A DNA stretch of 64,000 nucleotides from Naegleria gruberi (Eukaryota). Below are positions 32,948 to 43,544 of this stretch, piece by piece (position 1 is the first letter of the stretch; every line of letters begins with the position of its first letter). The notes beneath the pieces are model-generated. The model did no database searches and was not told the origin of the DNA. It saw only the letters and a list, made by a program, of their open reading frames with translations. Location of the stretch: the NCBI GenBank assembly GCA_000004985.1, contig GG738851.1; one strand, 5' to 3'. The translations under genes were made by a program, and so were the position numbers.

Positions 32948-34504
32948 ATGGTAAATTCTGCAAGGGAGCATCAAGAAGGTTTATTTTCCAACGACGTTTG
33001 TTTTGAAATATTGTCATTTCTTGATGGTTGGACTATTATTCGAAACTGCGCTTTAATTTCTAAACAGTGGTTTGAAATTATTAGAAATTATTCGAAACTT
33101 GATCTTGAGGTAATGAGTAAACTTTCCACGGAAAGAATCACCATGTTATCCGAAAGTCAATTCTTGAATAGAATTATTGGCTTCAAAGTTGGAAAGTATG
33201 CAGCTTCCGAATTTGTATTATTCGAAAGCTCAAACCTTGAACAATTATGGGAAACTATTGGTTCAATGTCTCAATTGACTAAACTTGATGTTGGCAAGAC
33301 TGGATTACATACTTTTCCCATTTCAATTTTACCTAATTTGGAAAATTTAACAGAATTAAACTTGACATTTTTGGAAATATTTGACCAAGGAGCAAAAATA
33401 ATAAGTCAACGATTGAAATTCATAACCAAACTCAGCGTCGATTATTGTGGAATTGGAATTGAAGGAGTACAAGCAATTGGAAATATGAAACAATTGACTT
33501 TTTTGAATATTAGTGAAAATGAAATGAGAAATGAAGAGATTGAATTGATTGGAACACTTGATCAACTCAAATATTTGAGTATTCGAAATATTACACGTGA
33601 GAATAACAGTGTTGATGATTATCTAGATTTTAATTCTCTGAAAAATCTGAAATTGTTGACCTACCTCAATATTGGTGAAAATAGAATTTCAGATGAGATT
33701 GGTTTACAATTTTTGAGAGAAATGAAACAATTGACTCATCTCAATGTTGCAAACATGGAAATTGGAAGTATTGGGGCTAAAATAATCAGTGAAATGACAC
33801 ATTTAGTTAAACTAAATATTGGACGAAATGATATTGGAAGAACTGGAATTGATTATATAGGTGAAATGAAACAATTGACCTCATTGAATGTTCAAAACTG
33901 CAATTTAATGGAATGTAAATTTTTATGTGGAATGAAACAATTACAATATTTGAATATTAGCGAAAATACAATTAGAAATGAAGGAGTGGATTTAATTTGT
34001 AAAGAACTATCTCAATTGAAATTTCTGAACATTTCTGAAATATTGTCAAGACCCTATCAATTTAGAAATGTACTCCCCATAAAATTGGAGAATTTACCTC
34101 GCCTTAATCAATTAACTGAGCTCGATCTTAGTAGTGATCGAGTGAATGAAGAAAGTTTGATTTTTCTTCTTGAATTGAAATGTTTAACCTCACTGAATGT
34201 CAGAAGAAATAGCATTACTTGTAATTGTGCTAAAATCATTAGTGGAATGAGCCAATTAACCAAACTGAATATCAGTGAGACACAAGTTGATGAATTGGTG
34301 ATGGAATATATTTGTGGAATGAAAGAGTTGCGAGTGTTGTATATGCAAAAGAATTATTTAGAAAATGATTCAGAGGTTGTTGACTTGATTGAGAAAATGG
34401 AAAGTTTGACTGAACTTGATATTAGTGATTGTTATATCAGTATTGAAAATGAAACCAAATTAAGAGAAATTAAGAAATTAAGGAAGCTTGTATTATTTGC
34501 TTAA
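32948..34504 (+). CDS. F-box-like / leucine-rich repeat protein (RNI-like LRR family)
   Basis: The N-terminus FSNDVCFEILSFLDGWTIIRNCALISKQWFEII is F-box-like. It is followed by about 15 LRRs of the L..LN(I/V)..N.IG.EG type. Confidence 0.75.
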   Translation: MVNSAREHQEGLFSNDVCFEILSFLDGWTIIRNCALISKQWFEIIRNYSKLDLEVMSKLSTERITMLSESQFLNRIIGFKVGKYAASEFVLFESSNLEQLWETIGSMSQLTKLDVGKTGLHTFPISILPNLENLTELNLTFLEIFDQGAKIISQRLKFITKLSVDYCGIGIEGVQAIGNMKQLTFLNISENEMRNEEIELIGTLDQLKYLSIRNITRENNSVDDYLDFNSLKNLKLLTYLNIGENRISDEIGLQFLREMKQLTHLNVANMEIGSIGAKIISEMTHLVKLNIGRNDIGRTGIDYIGEMKQLTSLNVQNCNLMECKFLCGMKQLQYLNISENTIRNEGVDLICKELSQLKFLNISEILSRPYQFRNVLPIKLENLPRLNQLTELDLSSDRVNEESLIFLLELKCLTSLNVRRNSITCNCAKIISGMSQLTKLNISETQVDELVMEYICGMKELRVLYMQKNYLENDSEVVDLIEKMESLTELDISDCYISIENETKLREIKKLRKLVLFA

Positions 34505-34606
34505 CATGAAATAACACTCAATTTCAAAATATTTCTCAACAGCTTAGATTATTAAACTATCTGGATTAGATTTATAATCTTATTCTAAACAACACAAACA
34601 ACACAA

Positions 34607-34677
34607 GGGGCGGTGGTGTAATGGTAACATCGCAGCCTCCAAAGCTGTGGCCGGGGGTTCGATTCCCCCTCGCCCCC
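34607..34677 (+). tRNA. tRNA-Trp (anticodon CCA)
   Basis: The sequence is GGGGCGGTGGTGTAATGGTAACATCGCAGCCTCCAAAGCTGTGGCCGGGGGTTCGATTCCCCCTCGCCCCC. The anticodon stem is GCAGC/GCTGT and the loop is CTCCAAA. The variable loop is 4 nt and the T-arm is GGGGG/CCCCC. Confidence 0.8.
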
Positions 34678-34924
34678 TGTCATTTTATTTTCCCAAATTA
34701 AGTAAACAAGATTTGATAATACAGGTTAAAGAGTAAAAAATTGGATGCTGTCAATGCGTAACAAGATCTTATTTAAGAAATTTTTAATTACAAGCCAGCT
34801 CGTTGTAAACATTTATTTGACTATTCAAAATTTGCCAAATTAGTATGTATGACATTTTTAAATCAGGTTGACTTTATTGGAAAAATGCTAATGCCTCTAA
34901 TACTGAAAGGTTTGTTAAACAAAA

Positions 34925-36403
34925 ATGCAGAATGACACATCCTCATCTATTCCATCAGTACTTACCAATGTTTTTCGGATTGACCCTCTCATTGTTTCAT
35001 ACATTGAAATTTCTTTGGCAATCGCTGCACTTTTCCTCTCGTTGTCACTTGTCGTGTATATCATCTACTTTTATCTCAAAAAACATCACACAATCACAAA
35101 GAACCACAAGAGAATGATTATTGGAGTGCTCATCATGTGTATTATGGAGTGTTTCGTCTTGATTTTCAGAATTATTTACGATAGTTTGAGTATTTCCTTT
35201 GGATTGAGATTTCAGAAATATGCTTCCACACTTGCATTGAAAAATTCCACAACTCTGGAGGGATTTGATACCTTCTTGTGGTATAACAATACTCTGGGAA
35301 TTACTCCATATGATGTGGGAATAAGTATGGAAGAAATTGTTATTTTCATAATTTCTGTAGCAGCCGAATTATTCATTGTTCTTATGGATATTCAAGTGAT
35401 GGTCATTATTGTTTGGTTTGTTACACTGGTCTTTGTGGAAACGTTTAGATTGTCGAGTGGATTGTTAAATTCAAGAAAAGTGCACTATTTTGTAAATATT
35501 GTCACAATTTTCACAATTATCAACTCGATTGGATTGTTGGTCATTAATTTAGTGACGACAATTCTGACCATTGTACAGAGATTGGGATATATCAGTGCCG
35601 AATCCATTACATATGTCTATGGATTGTGTCTATTACTGTTCCTAATTGAAATTCTCTCCCAAATAACCTTATTAATTGTAAGTAATTCAACAATATGACC
35701 TAGTTCAATATTGTGTTAAATCCGAATCAACAATTCCAATATTGTATTAAATCCGAATCAGATTGCTGCAACAATTGTTCTCCAAACAATTTCCAAAATC
35801 TCCATAGAAAATCAAAACAAGAGAAGAACCATCATTAAAATTCTCATATTACAAAGTGGATTATTTGGTTGTTTCCTATTCGAAGCTTTTGCAGCAGCCT
35901 CTGGAGTACTCGCCCAAGGAGTTGAAGCACATTTTGCTTTAGGCTACTCAACTGGTAATTCTCTTGGAATCTTGATATTTGCCTGCACTGCTCTGACTTT
36001 GTATACTCCTTTCCGAGCCCTGAATACAAAGGCCAATAGTGAAGATCATCAAGTGAATGATTCACTTCATAGTAGGTTAAAGTCATCATCATCAAATAAT
36101 AATTCCATGATGATGATGGAAAAGAAACAATATAGTTCGCTGAGTAATGGAACAACAACTACAACACCTACATCTTTAGTGAGAGTAGGAGAAATACCTC
36201 CTCGTTTGATGATGATAGAATTGGAGGAGGCTGGTATGAGCAATGATTGTTGTATTCAAAGCAGCTCCGGAAATGATGAAAACATGTTGATGGAAAAGGT
36301 TATTGTTGTTGATGAAAAGACAAAACAACAACAACTACCACAATCAACATTAGTAATTACTACCATTCCATGCAACGAACTAGAGAGCATGATCTTGAAA
36401 TAA
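34925..36403 (+). CDS. Seven-transmembrane receptor-like protein with a Ser-rich cytoplasmic tail; exons at 34925..35677 and 35762..36403
   Basis: Exon 1 encodes 6-7 TM helices and ends at a GTAAGT donor in phase 0. An 84-nt intron at 35678..35761 contains a 25-nt internal duplication. The AATCAG acceptor continues in frame (IAATIVLQ...GILIFACTALTLY) into the 143-aa ORF listed at 35972. Confidence 0.5.
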
Positions 36404-36732
36404 TGTAATAATCTTTTTGTATCTCCATTTTGGGAGCATCCGAGAGAACAAATAGAAAAGAAATTACATTTACTCCCAGTTTGCTTTATTTTTTTAATTT
36501 TTTTTTGTTTTTTAAAAAAATTGTAAAAATTATCTTTTCTAATTTCAAATATTTTTATCGGTATTTCGGATTGAACAGTTTCAGATTCGTTCTGAAGAAT
36601 TTATGTGTTAATCTTTTGCTTGCTTCAATTGCAACGGGTATTGTAAGATTAGATCATCACCCAAACATCATGTGGGTGATGTGATGAAATATCATCTTTC
36701 GAATAAAAATTATCGTTCGAAATTAAAAAAAA

Positions 36733-37608
36733 ATGCAAATCCAACAACGACACATTGTTGCTGCTGCAGTTACCATCTTTCTCTTGGTGATTGTCTTTTC
36801 TCTAATGCCAAAAGCCACCGATGACAACTCCAAATACAACAATCATCATCAACAACAACCACAAATCTTGAATGCCAAACAATGTCCTCCATGTCCAACA
36901 ACAGCTGTTCAACAACAACAACAACAGACTTTCAAATCAGGTTCTTGTCCACCTGTTCAAGAATGTAAATGTTACTCTCTGACAGATGCCCCACCAACAG
37001 AACATGGTGATGGACAAGTTACAATGGCCACAACATTTGGTAAAGCACTTAACAAACTTGCTAAACAAGATGATGTGAATACAGTATTGGAAATTGGTAC
37101 TTGGTTTGGTGGTGGTTCTACTCAATGTATTGCCAAGGGATTGAAGGAATCAGGCTCTCATAAAAGATTATACACATTGGAATTATACGAACCTGCTTGG
37201 CAATATGCTAGAAAGACCTATTCACACATGCCAATTTACTTTATTTTGGGAGGAACAGTGCCAACTGATAAATATTTGGCACCAGATGAAATTCCACACA
37301 AGGACGATCACTTTAAATTATATTATCAGAGAGATATTGAATTATCAAAGAAGAATATTCCATGGTTGATGCCATTGTGTTTAGCAACTAGATTTGATGC
37401 TGTTTTGATTGATGGTAATGAATATACTGGTTGGGCTGAATATGAAATTGTTAATGATCATTGTAAACCAAAATATTTAATGTTGCATGATGTTGGTACT
37501 TTAAAGACAAATAAGATTGAAAAGGTTATTAAACAAGGTGGAACTGTTTGGGAATTGATAGATGAAGGTCAAGATGCTGCCAGATGGCAAATTTATAAGA
37601 GAAAATAA
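36733..37608 (+). CDS. Class I SAM-dependent O-methyltransferase-like protein (family 3 / Methyltransf_24-like) with an N-terminal signal anchor
   Basis: Motif I is VLEIGTWFGGGSTQCIAKGL, post-motif II is FDAVLIDGNEY, and motif III is LMLHDVG. The N-terminal hydrophobic anchor is VAAAVTIFLLVIVFSLM. A Q-rich linker is also present. Confidence 0.5.
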   Translation: MQIQQRHIVAAAVTIFLLVIVFSLMPKATDDNSKYNNHHQQQPQILNAKQCPPCPTTAVQQQQQQTFKSGSCPPVQECKCYSLTDAPPTEHGDGQVTMATTFGKALNKLAKQDDVNTVLEIGTWFGGGSTQCIAKGLKESGSHKRLYTLELYEPAWQYARKTYSHMPIYFILGGTVPTDKYLAPDEIPHKDDHFKLYYQRDIELSKKNIPWLMPLCLATRFDAVLIDGNEYTGWAEYEIVNDHCKPKYLMLHDVGTLKTNKIEKVIKQGGTVWELIDEGQDAARWQIYKRK

Positions 37609-37805
37609 TTGATAAAATTATTATGAAATAAATCCAAGAATAATATTAATTATTGACAATGTCTTCTATTAACAATTTTAGGTAATTTTAATTGTGATGT
37701 AGCTGCTTGGATTTCATGGCTAAAATCTGTGAAATAGAAATGTTTCCTTTGTTTAGAGGCAGTTATTTATTTTTTATAGGGACGTCATTTTCAATATGAA
37801 CAAGA

Positions 37806-37878
37806 AGCCCGTCTAGCTCAGTCGGTAGAGCGCAAGGCTCTTAACCTTGTGGTCGTGGGTTCGACCCCCACGGTGGGC
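37806..37878 (+). tRNA. tRNA-Lys (anticodon CTT), second identical copy
   Basis: The 73-nt sequence is identical to 28375..28447 and the roughly 45-nt 5' flank at 37760..37805 is shared. The 3' flank differs. Confidence 0.9.
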
Positions 37879-37977
37879 GTTTCCTTTTGGTTTAATTTTT
37901 TTTTGCTCTATTTTGCAGAGTGATTTTGAATTAATTGAGACAAGGTCCTCAAATCCTGAAAATAAGGTATCTACATA

Positions 37978-38600
37978 GCTAGAAAAAGCAAGGCTTCTGC
38001 TCCGAATACATCAACAAGCTTTTTTCCACTTTAAATGCAACACTCCAAAACGATACAAGTGATGAAGCCCTTGGTCTTCGTACACAACATGATCCAGAAG
38101 CTAGTACATCATTAACACCAGAAGAAGATGAGGATGAACTTGAGGGGGATGAGGAAAACTCTCCAATATCACAACCAACACCTTGGACAAGACCTAGGCA
38201 TCCAAACTATGGAATGAAAACAGTTTCATCTAATAATCCAAATGAAAAACGAAAAAGAAAGCAAAGGTGGCTTCAAGAAATTCGAAAATATCAAAAATCA
38301 ACTTGGAATCTCATTAATCTAACAAGTTACTGCTGAATTATCTGAGAAAGTTCCATACATTAGACAGCATGTTGGTGAAGGTGCAATTCGATGGAGAAAG
38401 GATGCTCTTGCTGCTCTCCAGCAGCAGAAGATTATTTACATGAAGTTTTATCACTCGTGTTGGTTGTTCTTCTTTATTGACCACCCGAGTATCTTGTTCA
38501 TTAATAATTTCAATAACTTCTTGTGGGTGAACATTTGGAGAAGTGTTTTCTCTATTGTTGGATGGGGTATTTCTAAGACAAGTAGTTTCGTCTAGATCCA
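37978..38600 (+). pseudogene. Histone H3-like (possibly CenH3-like) remnant or frameshifted gene
   Basis: Frame A reads ...KRKRKQRWLQEIRKYQKSTWNLINLTSY and then a stop. Canonical H3 has [25 protein letters not shown] at this position. A +1 frame continues with AELSEKVPYIRQHVGEGAIRWRKDALAALQQ, which is H3 alphaN/alpha1-like, and then degenerates. There is no in-frame ATG upstream, and the region lies immediately downstream of tRNA-Lys copy 2. Confidence 0.35.
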
Positions 38601-38979
38601 ATAACTCCATTTCGTATCCTCGGCCTGACTGCAATATTTTCTTGGTTAATAGTAGATCTATTTGTAGGTTGTTCAAGATTTTCATTTCTTCTATTCTCAG
38701 TGCTAATTTTGTTCAAGATTCCCATTTACAACATTATAATTCCATACAATCGGATTTGGAATCTTTAATAACCAGTTGACCTCATTAAACAATATCCAAT
38801 ATATGATTCCAATCAATTCAATTGCACTTCTTTTAAAATAAAACATGTATTATTATTTTAGAACATGACGGAACTTCAATTATTGTACAACATGTTTAAT
38901 GTAAAGTGGCATGGTATTGTTGCTTGTGATATTAATCAGAAAAAACTGCCAATATTTCAGCTATCATCAATTATCATCA

Positions 38980-40326
38980 TTATGATGGAGGTAAAACAAG
39001 AAGGTTGGTATTTTCGAATCGATATTTTCAAAATAATAATAATAATTAATGAATTGAATTGTTAATTAATAGAGAAGGTTATATTTTCGGATGATGTTTG
39101 TTTTGAAATTATTTCCATGATTGATGATTCGTGGTTTATTTTGAATAATTGTTCTTTAATTTCAAAACAATGGTTTAATGTGATCAAGGAACGTTCAAAA
39201 CTTGTTATTCAATTTAAAAAACAATTAACAGAAAAAAGAATTGAATTGTTAATGAAAAGTCAATTCATGAATAGTATTGTAAATGTTAAGTTTTATTATG
39301 GGTTGCTTAACTCTTCAGATAAACTTAAATTCATAAGTGGAATGAAATCATTAACATCACTTAATATTGGTCATAATGAAATTGGTGTAGAAGGAGCCAA
39401 ATTCATAAGTGAAATGAAACATGTAACATCACTTTATATACATTACAATGAAATTGGTGTAGAAGGATCCAAATTTATAAGTGAAATGAAACAATTAACA
39501 TCACTTAATATTGCTGACAATGAAATTGGCGTAGAAGGATCCAAATTCATAAGTGAAATGAAACAATTAACATCACTTAATATTGATTACAATGAAATTG
39601 GTGTAGAAGGAGCCAAATTCATAAGTGAAATGAAACAATTAACATCACTTAATATTGCTCGACAATGAAATTGGCGTAGAAGGATCCAAATTCATAAGTG
39701 AAATGAAACAATTAACATCACTTAATATTGGTGGCAATGAAATTGGTGTAGAAGGAGCCAAATACATGAGTGAAATGAAACATTTAACATCACTTGATAT
39801 ACATCGCAATGAAATTGGTGTAGAAGGATCCAAATTCATAAGTGAAATGAAACATTTAACATCACTTAATATATATTACAATGAAATTGGTGTAGAAGGA
39901 TCCAAATACATAAGTGAAATGAAACATTTAACATCACTTAATATTGGTGATAATGAAATTGGTGTAGAAGGATCCAAATACATAAGTGAAATGAAACAAT
40001 TAACATCACTTAATATTGCTGACAATGAAATTGGCGTAGAAGGATCCAAATTCATAAGTGAAATGAAACATTTAACATCACTTTATATATATTACAATGA
40101 AATTGGTGTAGAAGGAGCCAAATTCATAAGTGAAATGAAACATTTAACATCACTTAATATTTCTGGCAATCAAATTGGTGATGAGGGATCCAAATTCATA
40201 AGTGAAATGAAATCATTAACATCACTTAATATTGGTGATAATGAAATTGGTGTAGAAGGAGCCAAATTCATAAGTGGAATGAAACAATTAACATCACTTA
40301 ATATTGATGACAATGAATTGGTGTAG
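38980..40326 (+). CDS. F-box-like / LRR protein built from near-identical 24-aa repeats. It has a probable 5' micro-exon and an internal +1 frameshift near 39659, so it may be a pseudogene or contain a sequence error.
   Basis: Candidate exon 1 is ATGATGGAG (38980..38988) with a GTAAAA donor. Candidate exon 2 starts after AATAGAG, about 39070, and encodes KVIFSDDVCFEIISMIDDSWFILNNCSLISKQWF, matching the N-termini of the 32948 and 40532 genes. About 14 repeats of NIGDNEIGVEGSKFISEMKQLTSL follow. An extra C in GCTCGACAATGAA shifts the frame, where the other units read GCTGACAATGAA. This is why the ORF track splits the gene into 39117..39668 and 39655..40326. Confidence 0.55.
39340..40320 (+). 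repeat. Tandem array of about 14 near-identical 72-bp coding repeats, the LRR units of the gene above
   Basis: The unit GGAATGAAA(C/T)ATTTAACATCACTTAATATTGGTGATAATGAAATTGGTGTAGAAGGA(G/T)CCAAATTCATAAGT repeats head to tail with only a few substitutions per copy. Confidence 0.85.
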
Positions 40327-40397
40327 AATAAAACGTGAAACTTTATTAATGTCTCTTATATCAATAACAGCCTTGATGACATTTGGTAGGTCTCATA

Positions 40398-40431
40398 TCT
40401 TAAGGTCGTGAGTTCGACCCCCATGGTGGGC
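40398..40431 (+). pseudogene. tRNA-Lys(CTT) 3'-half fragment running from the anticodon loop to the acceptor 3' strand
   Basis: The sequence CTTAAGGTCGTGAGTTCGACCCCCATGGTGGGCG, followed by the flank ATTCAATTTT, matches the 3' half and 3' flank of the tRNA-Lys copy at 28375. About 6 nt are deleted and there are 2 substitutions. No 5' half is present. Confidence 0.55.
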
Positions 40432-40531
40432 GATTCAATTTTTGTTGATCACAATTATCGTAGTGGTTGCTGATGATGAACTTTGTCCTATTATTAGGTT
40501 CACTAAGTCTTTCTAATTATTTAAAAAAAAA

Positions 40532-41884
40532 ATGATGATCAATTACGAATCAGTCTCCAATTCCATCAATTCCTCCCATTCCACAATATTCTCTGATGAT
40601 ATTTGTTATGAAATTCTATCCTATTTCCATGAGGAAAATGATGGAAAATTTATTCTACTAAATTGTTCGTTAATTTCCAAACAGTGGATGATGAATGTGA
40701 AGAAATTCGGAAAGATTTCAATTAATATTCGAAATAGAGTTTCGGATTCATTGATAGAACCAATCAAGAGAAATCAATTTTTGGAATGTTTTGTGAAATT
40801 TGGAATTTATTCGCAAGATTTCAAGTTTCATGAAATAATTAAAATGATGAAGAATTTAAAAAGTCTTTCTATTGGAAATTGTTCTATTGGAGAGGAGGAT
40901 TTGAAATTTATCGGAGAAATGAATCATTTAACTGAACTTGAATTGTGTGAATGTTTGACTGGAGATAAAGATATTAGACCAATTAGTAGAATGTCTCAAT
41001 TGACTAAATTAAATATTAGTAAGAATGCAAAATACCATTTAAGCGATATCTTTGACATGAAGCAATTAAAAATACTAGAAATTGGAGAAAATTTCATAGG
41101 AGATGAACAAGCTGAACTGCTTTCCAATCATTTGAAACAATTGACCATTTTACGAATTAATAACAACTTAATTCATTCTCAAGGTGTTAAACATTTGAGT
41201 AAATTGGATCAATTGACTGAATTAGATTTAAGTGGAAATGCTTTTAATGATACAATTGGCTCTGAAATTGCAAAAATGGAACAATTGAAAACTCTTCACG
41301 TTAACAAACTTGCAAGACATCGAATGGGATCACGGTTGGGTTCACAATTTGGAAACTTATTTCAATTGACCAGTCTTAGTATAAGTAATAATTATATTGG
41401 AGATGAAGGAGCCAACGAAATTAGTAATTTAACACAATTGACTGAATTATATGTACATGGAGCTGAAATTGGATATAGAGGAGCCAGATCATTAAGTGTT
41501 TTACACCAGTTGACCAAACTAGATATCAGTACAAATCATATTGGAGATGAGGGAGTTAGATTATTCAAACAATTATCAAAATTAACAGAACTTGTTGTGT
41601 TTAATAATAGAATTGGAGATGTTGGAGCACAACTTATTAGTGAAATTCCTCAATTGACCTCTCTTGTTGTTAGTAGCAATCAAATTGGAAACGAAGGGGC
41701 AAAATCAATTAGTCAAATGTCAAAATTGAAATATCTTTCGATTAATGGAAATCAAATTGGTGATCAAGGAGCTAAATTATTAAGTGAAATGAATCAATTA
41801 AGAAGAATTGAAGTTTATGGAAATAATATTAGTAATGAGATATTTCAATTATTTGGAATTAAAATTCAAAATAAATTGAAATAA
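40532..41884 (+). CDS. F-box-like / leucine-rich repeat protein (RNI-like LRR family)
   Basis: The N-terminus IFSDDICYEILSYFHEENDGKFILLNCSLISKQWMM is F-box-like. About 14 LRRs follow, for example LTELDLSGNAFNDTIGSEIA and LTSLVVSSNQIGNEGAKSISQ. Confidence 0.75.
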   Translation: MMINYESVSNSINSSHSTIFSDDICYEILSYFHEENDGKFILLNCSLISKQWMMNVKKFGKISINIRNRVSDSLIEPIKRNQFLECFVKFGIYSQDFKFHEIIKMMKNLKSLSIGNCSIGEEDLKFIGEMNHLTELELCECLTGDKDIRPISRMSQLTKLNISKNAKYHLSDIFDMKQLKILEIGENFIGDEQAELLSNHLKQLTILRINNNLIHSQGVKHLSKLDQLTELDLSGNAFNDTIGSEIAKMEQLKTLHVNKLARHRMGSRLGSQFGNLFQLTSLSISNNYIGDEGANEISNLTQLTELYVHGAEIGYRGARSLSVLHQLTKLDISTNHIGDEGVRLFKQLSKLTELVVFNNRIGDVGAQLISEIPQLTSLVVSSNQIGNEGAKSISQMSKLKYLSINGNQIGDQGAKLLSEMNQLRRIEVYGNNISNEIFQLFGIKIQNKLK

Positions 41885-41954
41885 AGGAAGTGATTACAAT
41901 AAACAAAAGTGGAATATTATATCCAAATGATTAAGGATGTTAAGGTAAAATGAA

Positions 41955-42027
41955 GCTGGCGTAGCTCAGTCGGTAGAGCGTTGGTCTAATAAGCCATTGG
42001 TCGCCGGTTCGATCCCGTCCGTCAGCA
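41955..42027 (+). tRNA. tRNA-Ile (anticodon AAT)
   Basis: The sequence is GCTGGCGTAGCTCAGTCGGTAGAGCGTTGGTCTAATAAGCCATTGGTCGCCGGTTCGATCCCGTCCGTCAGCA. The anticodon loop is CTAATAA. There is one mismatch in each of the anticodon stem (27-43) and the T stem (50-64). Confidence 0.7.
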
Positions 42028-42135
42028 GCTGTTTTATTGCCATGTTTTGGAGAGTGTAATTTGATCATTCACAGAAATCCGCATCAGAAAGCAAACCATG
42101 AGAGATTCACTCATCGATAAAACAAGATCCAAATT

Positions 42136-43544
42136 TTGCAACCACCCTTCATATGTGATGCTGATCATTTCGACCTTTTAACATATTCTCTCGATGTAAC
42201 ATTTACCAATTATCCAACCATTACGAAAACAATTTCAACCATTCGAAAATTATTATTAAACGAGACGAATAGGGAAATAATGATTCGAGTTGGTATTCCA
42301 GAAAAATTAATGCAACTATTGGATCAGGCATGTGTTTCTAAAAGTTACAAAAATTCACATGGATGTGAAATTTCCAGTGAGAAATTGAATTTACTTTGCA
42401 TACAGTCAATTAGAACACTAAGTTCCATAGCATCTAGGCCTAATCAATCAGAATATTTAGTTTCATTAGGCTGCATTCCAATGATCAATTCTCTATTGAA
42501 AAATTCTTTATTGAATTCAGTTATAATATATGAATGTTCTAAATTATTGTCTATTCTCATTTCTGATTCATTTTCAGTGAGATTGCAAATTTTGGAGGAA
42601 GTTTTACCAACATTATTGAACCATTTGAATAATTGCGAGAGAATTCCAATGGAAATTGTAAAATGGGGTAAGTTTATTGTCAGTTTGAATTGAATTTTCA
42701 ATATTTGAGAAGAAACAGAGTTATTGGCTGGTTTTATGAGAAAGAAGGAAAAACTTCCTGTTGAATATTTGAAAATAATGTTGCCTACTGTTGGCAAATT
42801 ATTGTTGGCACTTGACACTTCTGATGTTGGTTTTTTAACACAGATTATGTTTTGTCTGAGTGCTATTACGAGTGAAGCTGAACTAGTTCCAATATTTATG
42901 GAAATGAATTTAACGAATCGAATTATATCTTTATGTCGTAACCAGGATTATTTGAATCTCTTAATAGTGTAAGTAATCATCTGATTTGGAAATTTGAAAG
43001 ATATTGGAATAGAGTTTCGTATAAGACCATTAAGAATGTCATCATGACAGAAAAAAGGAATTATATCAAAATAATCCTTAATCAAGAATTTTTTTCAATA
43101 TTGAAACAATTACACTTTCCAACAAGAATTCAATTTCATGTCAAGGAAGTTTGTTGGTATATTTCCTTTTTTATTTCCAAGAATTTCATCAAAGAGTTGA
43201 AAGAATCCGAGTTGGTTCCATGGCTATTTGATTCCATTCTCAAAAAAGTGGAAAATCTTCCAGCAAAATCAGAAATGATTACCAGCATTATAGATTGGTG
43301 CAAGGATGTCACAAATGTGGAGATAATGAACTATTTATTGGAAATGAATATTGTCCAAGTGATAGGTGAAGAAATTAGAGAAAATTATGTATTGAGAGGA
43401 ATGTGTGGAAAAGTTTTATTGCAATTCCTGAAATTCAACAAGGAAAAAGTATCACTCTTAATGAATAATTTTGAAATAATTGAATTGGAAGATTTACATT
43501 ATCAACGTGAAAGATATGATAATAGAAAGAGAGTGGAATACTAG
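42136..43544 (+). CDS. Armadillo/HEAT-repeat-like protein; three exons at 42136..42667, 42719..42968 and 43013..43544. The 5' end is unresolved because the first codon is not ATG.
   Basis: The donor at 42668 is GTAAGT in phase 1 and the acceptor AAACAG ends at 42718. The donor at 42969 is GTAAGT in phase 2 and the acceptor GGAATAG ends at 43012. Both splices fuse the three listed ORFs in frame (...VKWG-E-LLAGFMRKKE... and ...NLLI-V-VSYKTIKNVIMTEKRNYI...). The helical repeat composition resembles ARM repeats. Confidence 0.5.

Noticed and set aside
38338-38685. 115-aa minus-strand ORF
   Set aside because: It is antisense to the H3-like region and has no recognisable features. The H3-like frames on the plus strand explain the open frames here better, though neither is certain.
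39645-39839. 64-aa minus ORF inside the LRR repeat array
   Set aside because: It is antisense to perfect coding repeats and its periodic peptide mirrors the 72-nt unit. It is not a gene.
39340-40320. Highly regular 72-bp direct repeats, superficially like a CRISPR array
   Set aside because: The repeat units abut without spacers. They sit in an open reading frame encoding LRR units. The sequence is eukaryotic, with introns and Pol III tRNAs. No cas-like genes are present.
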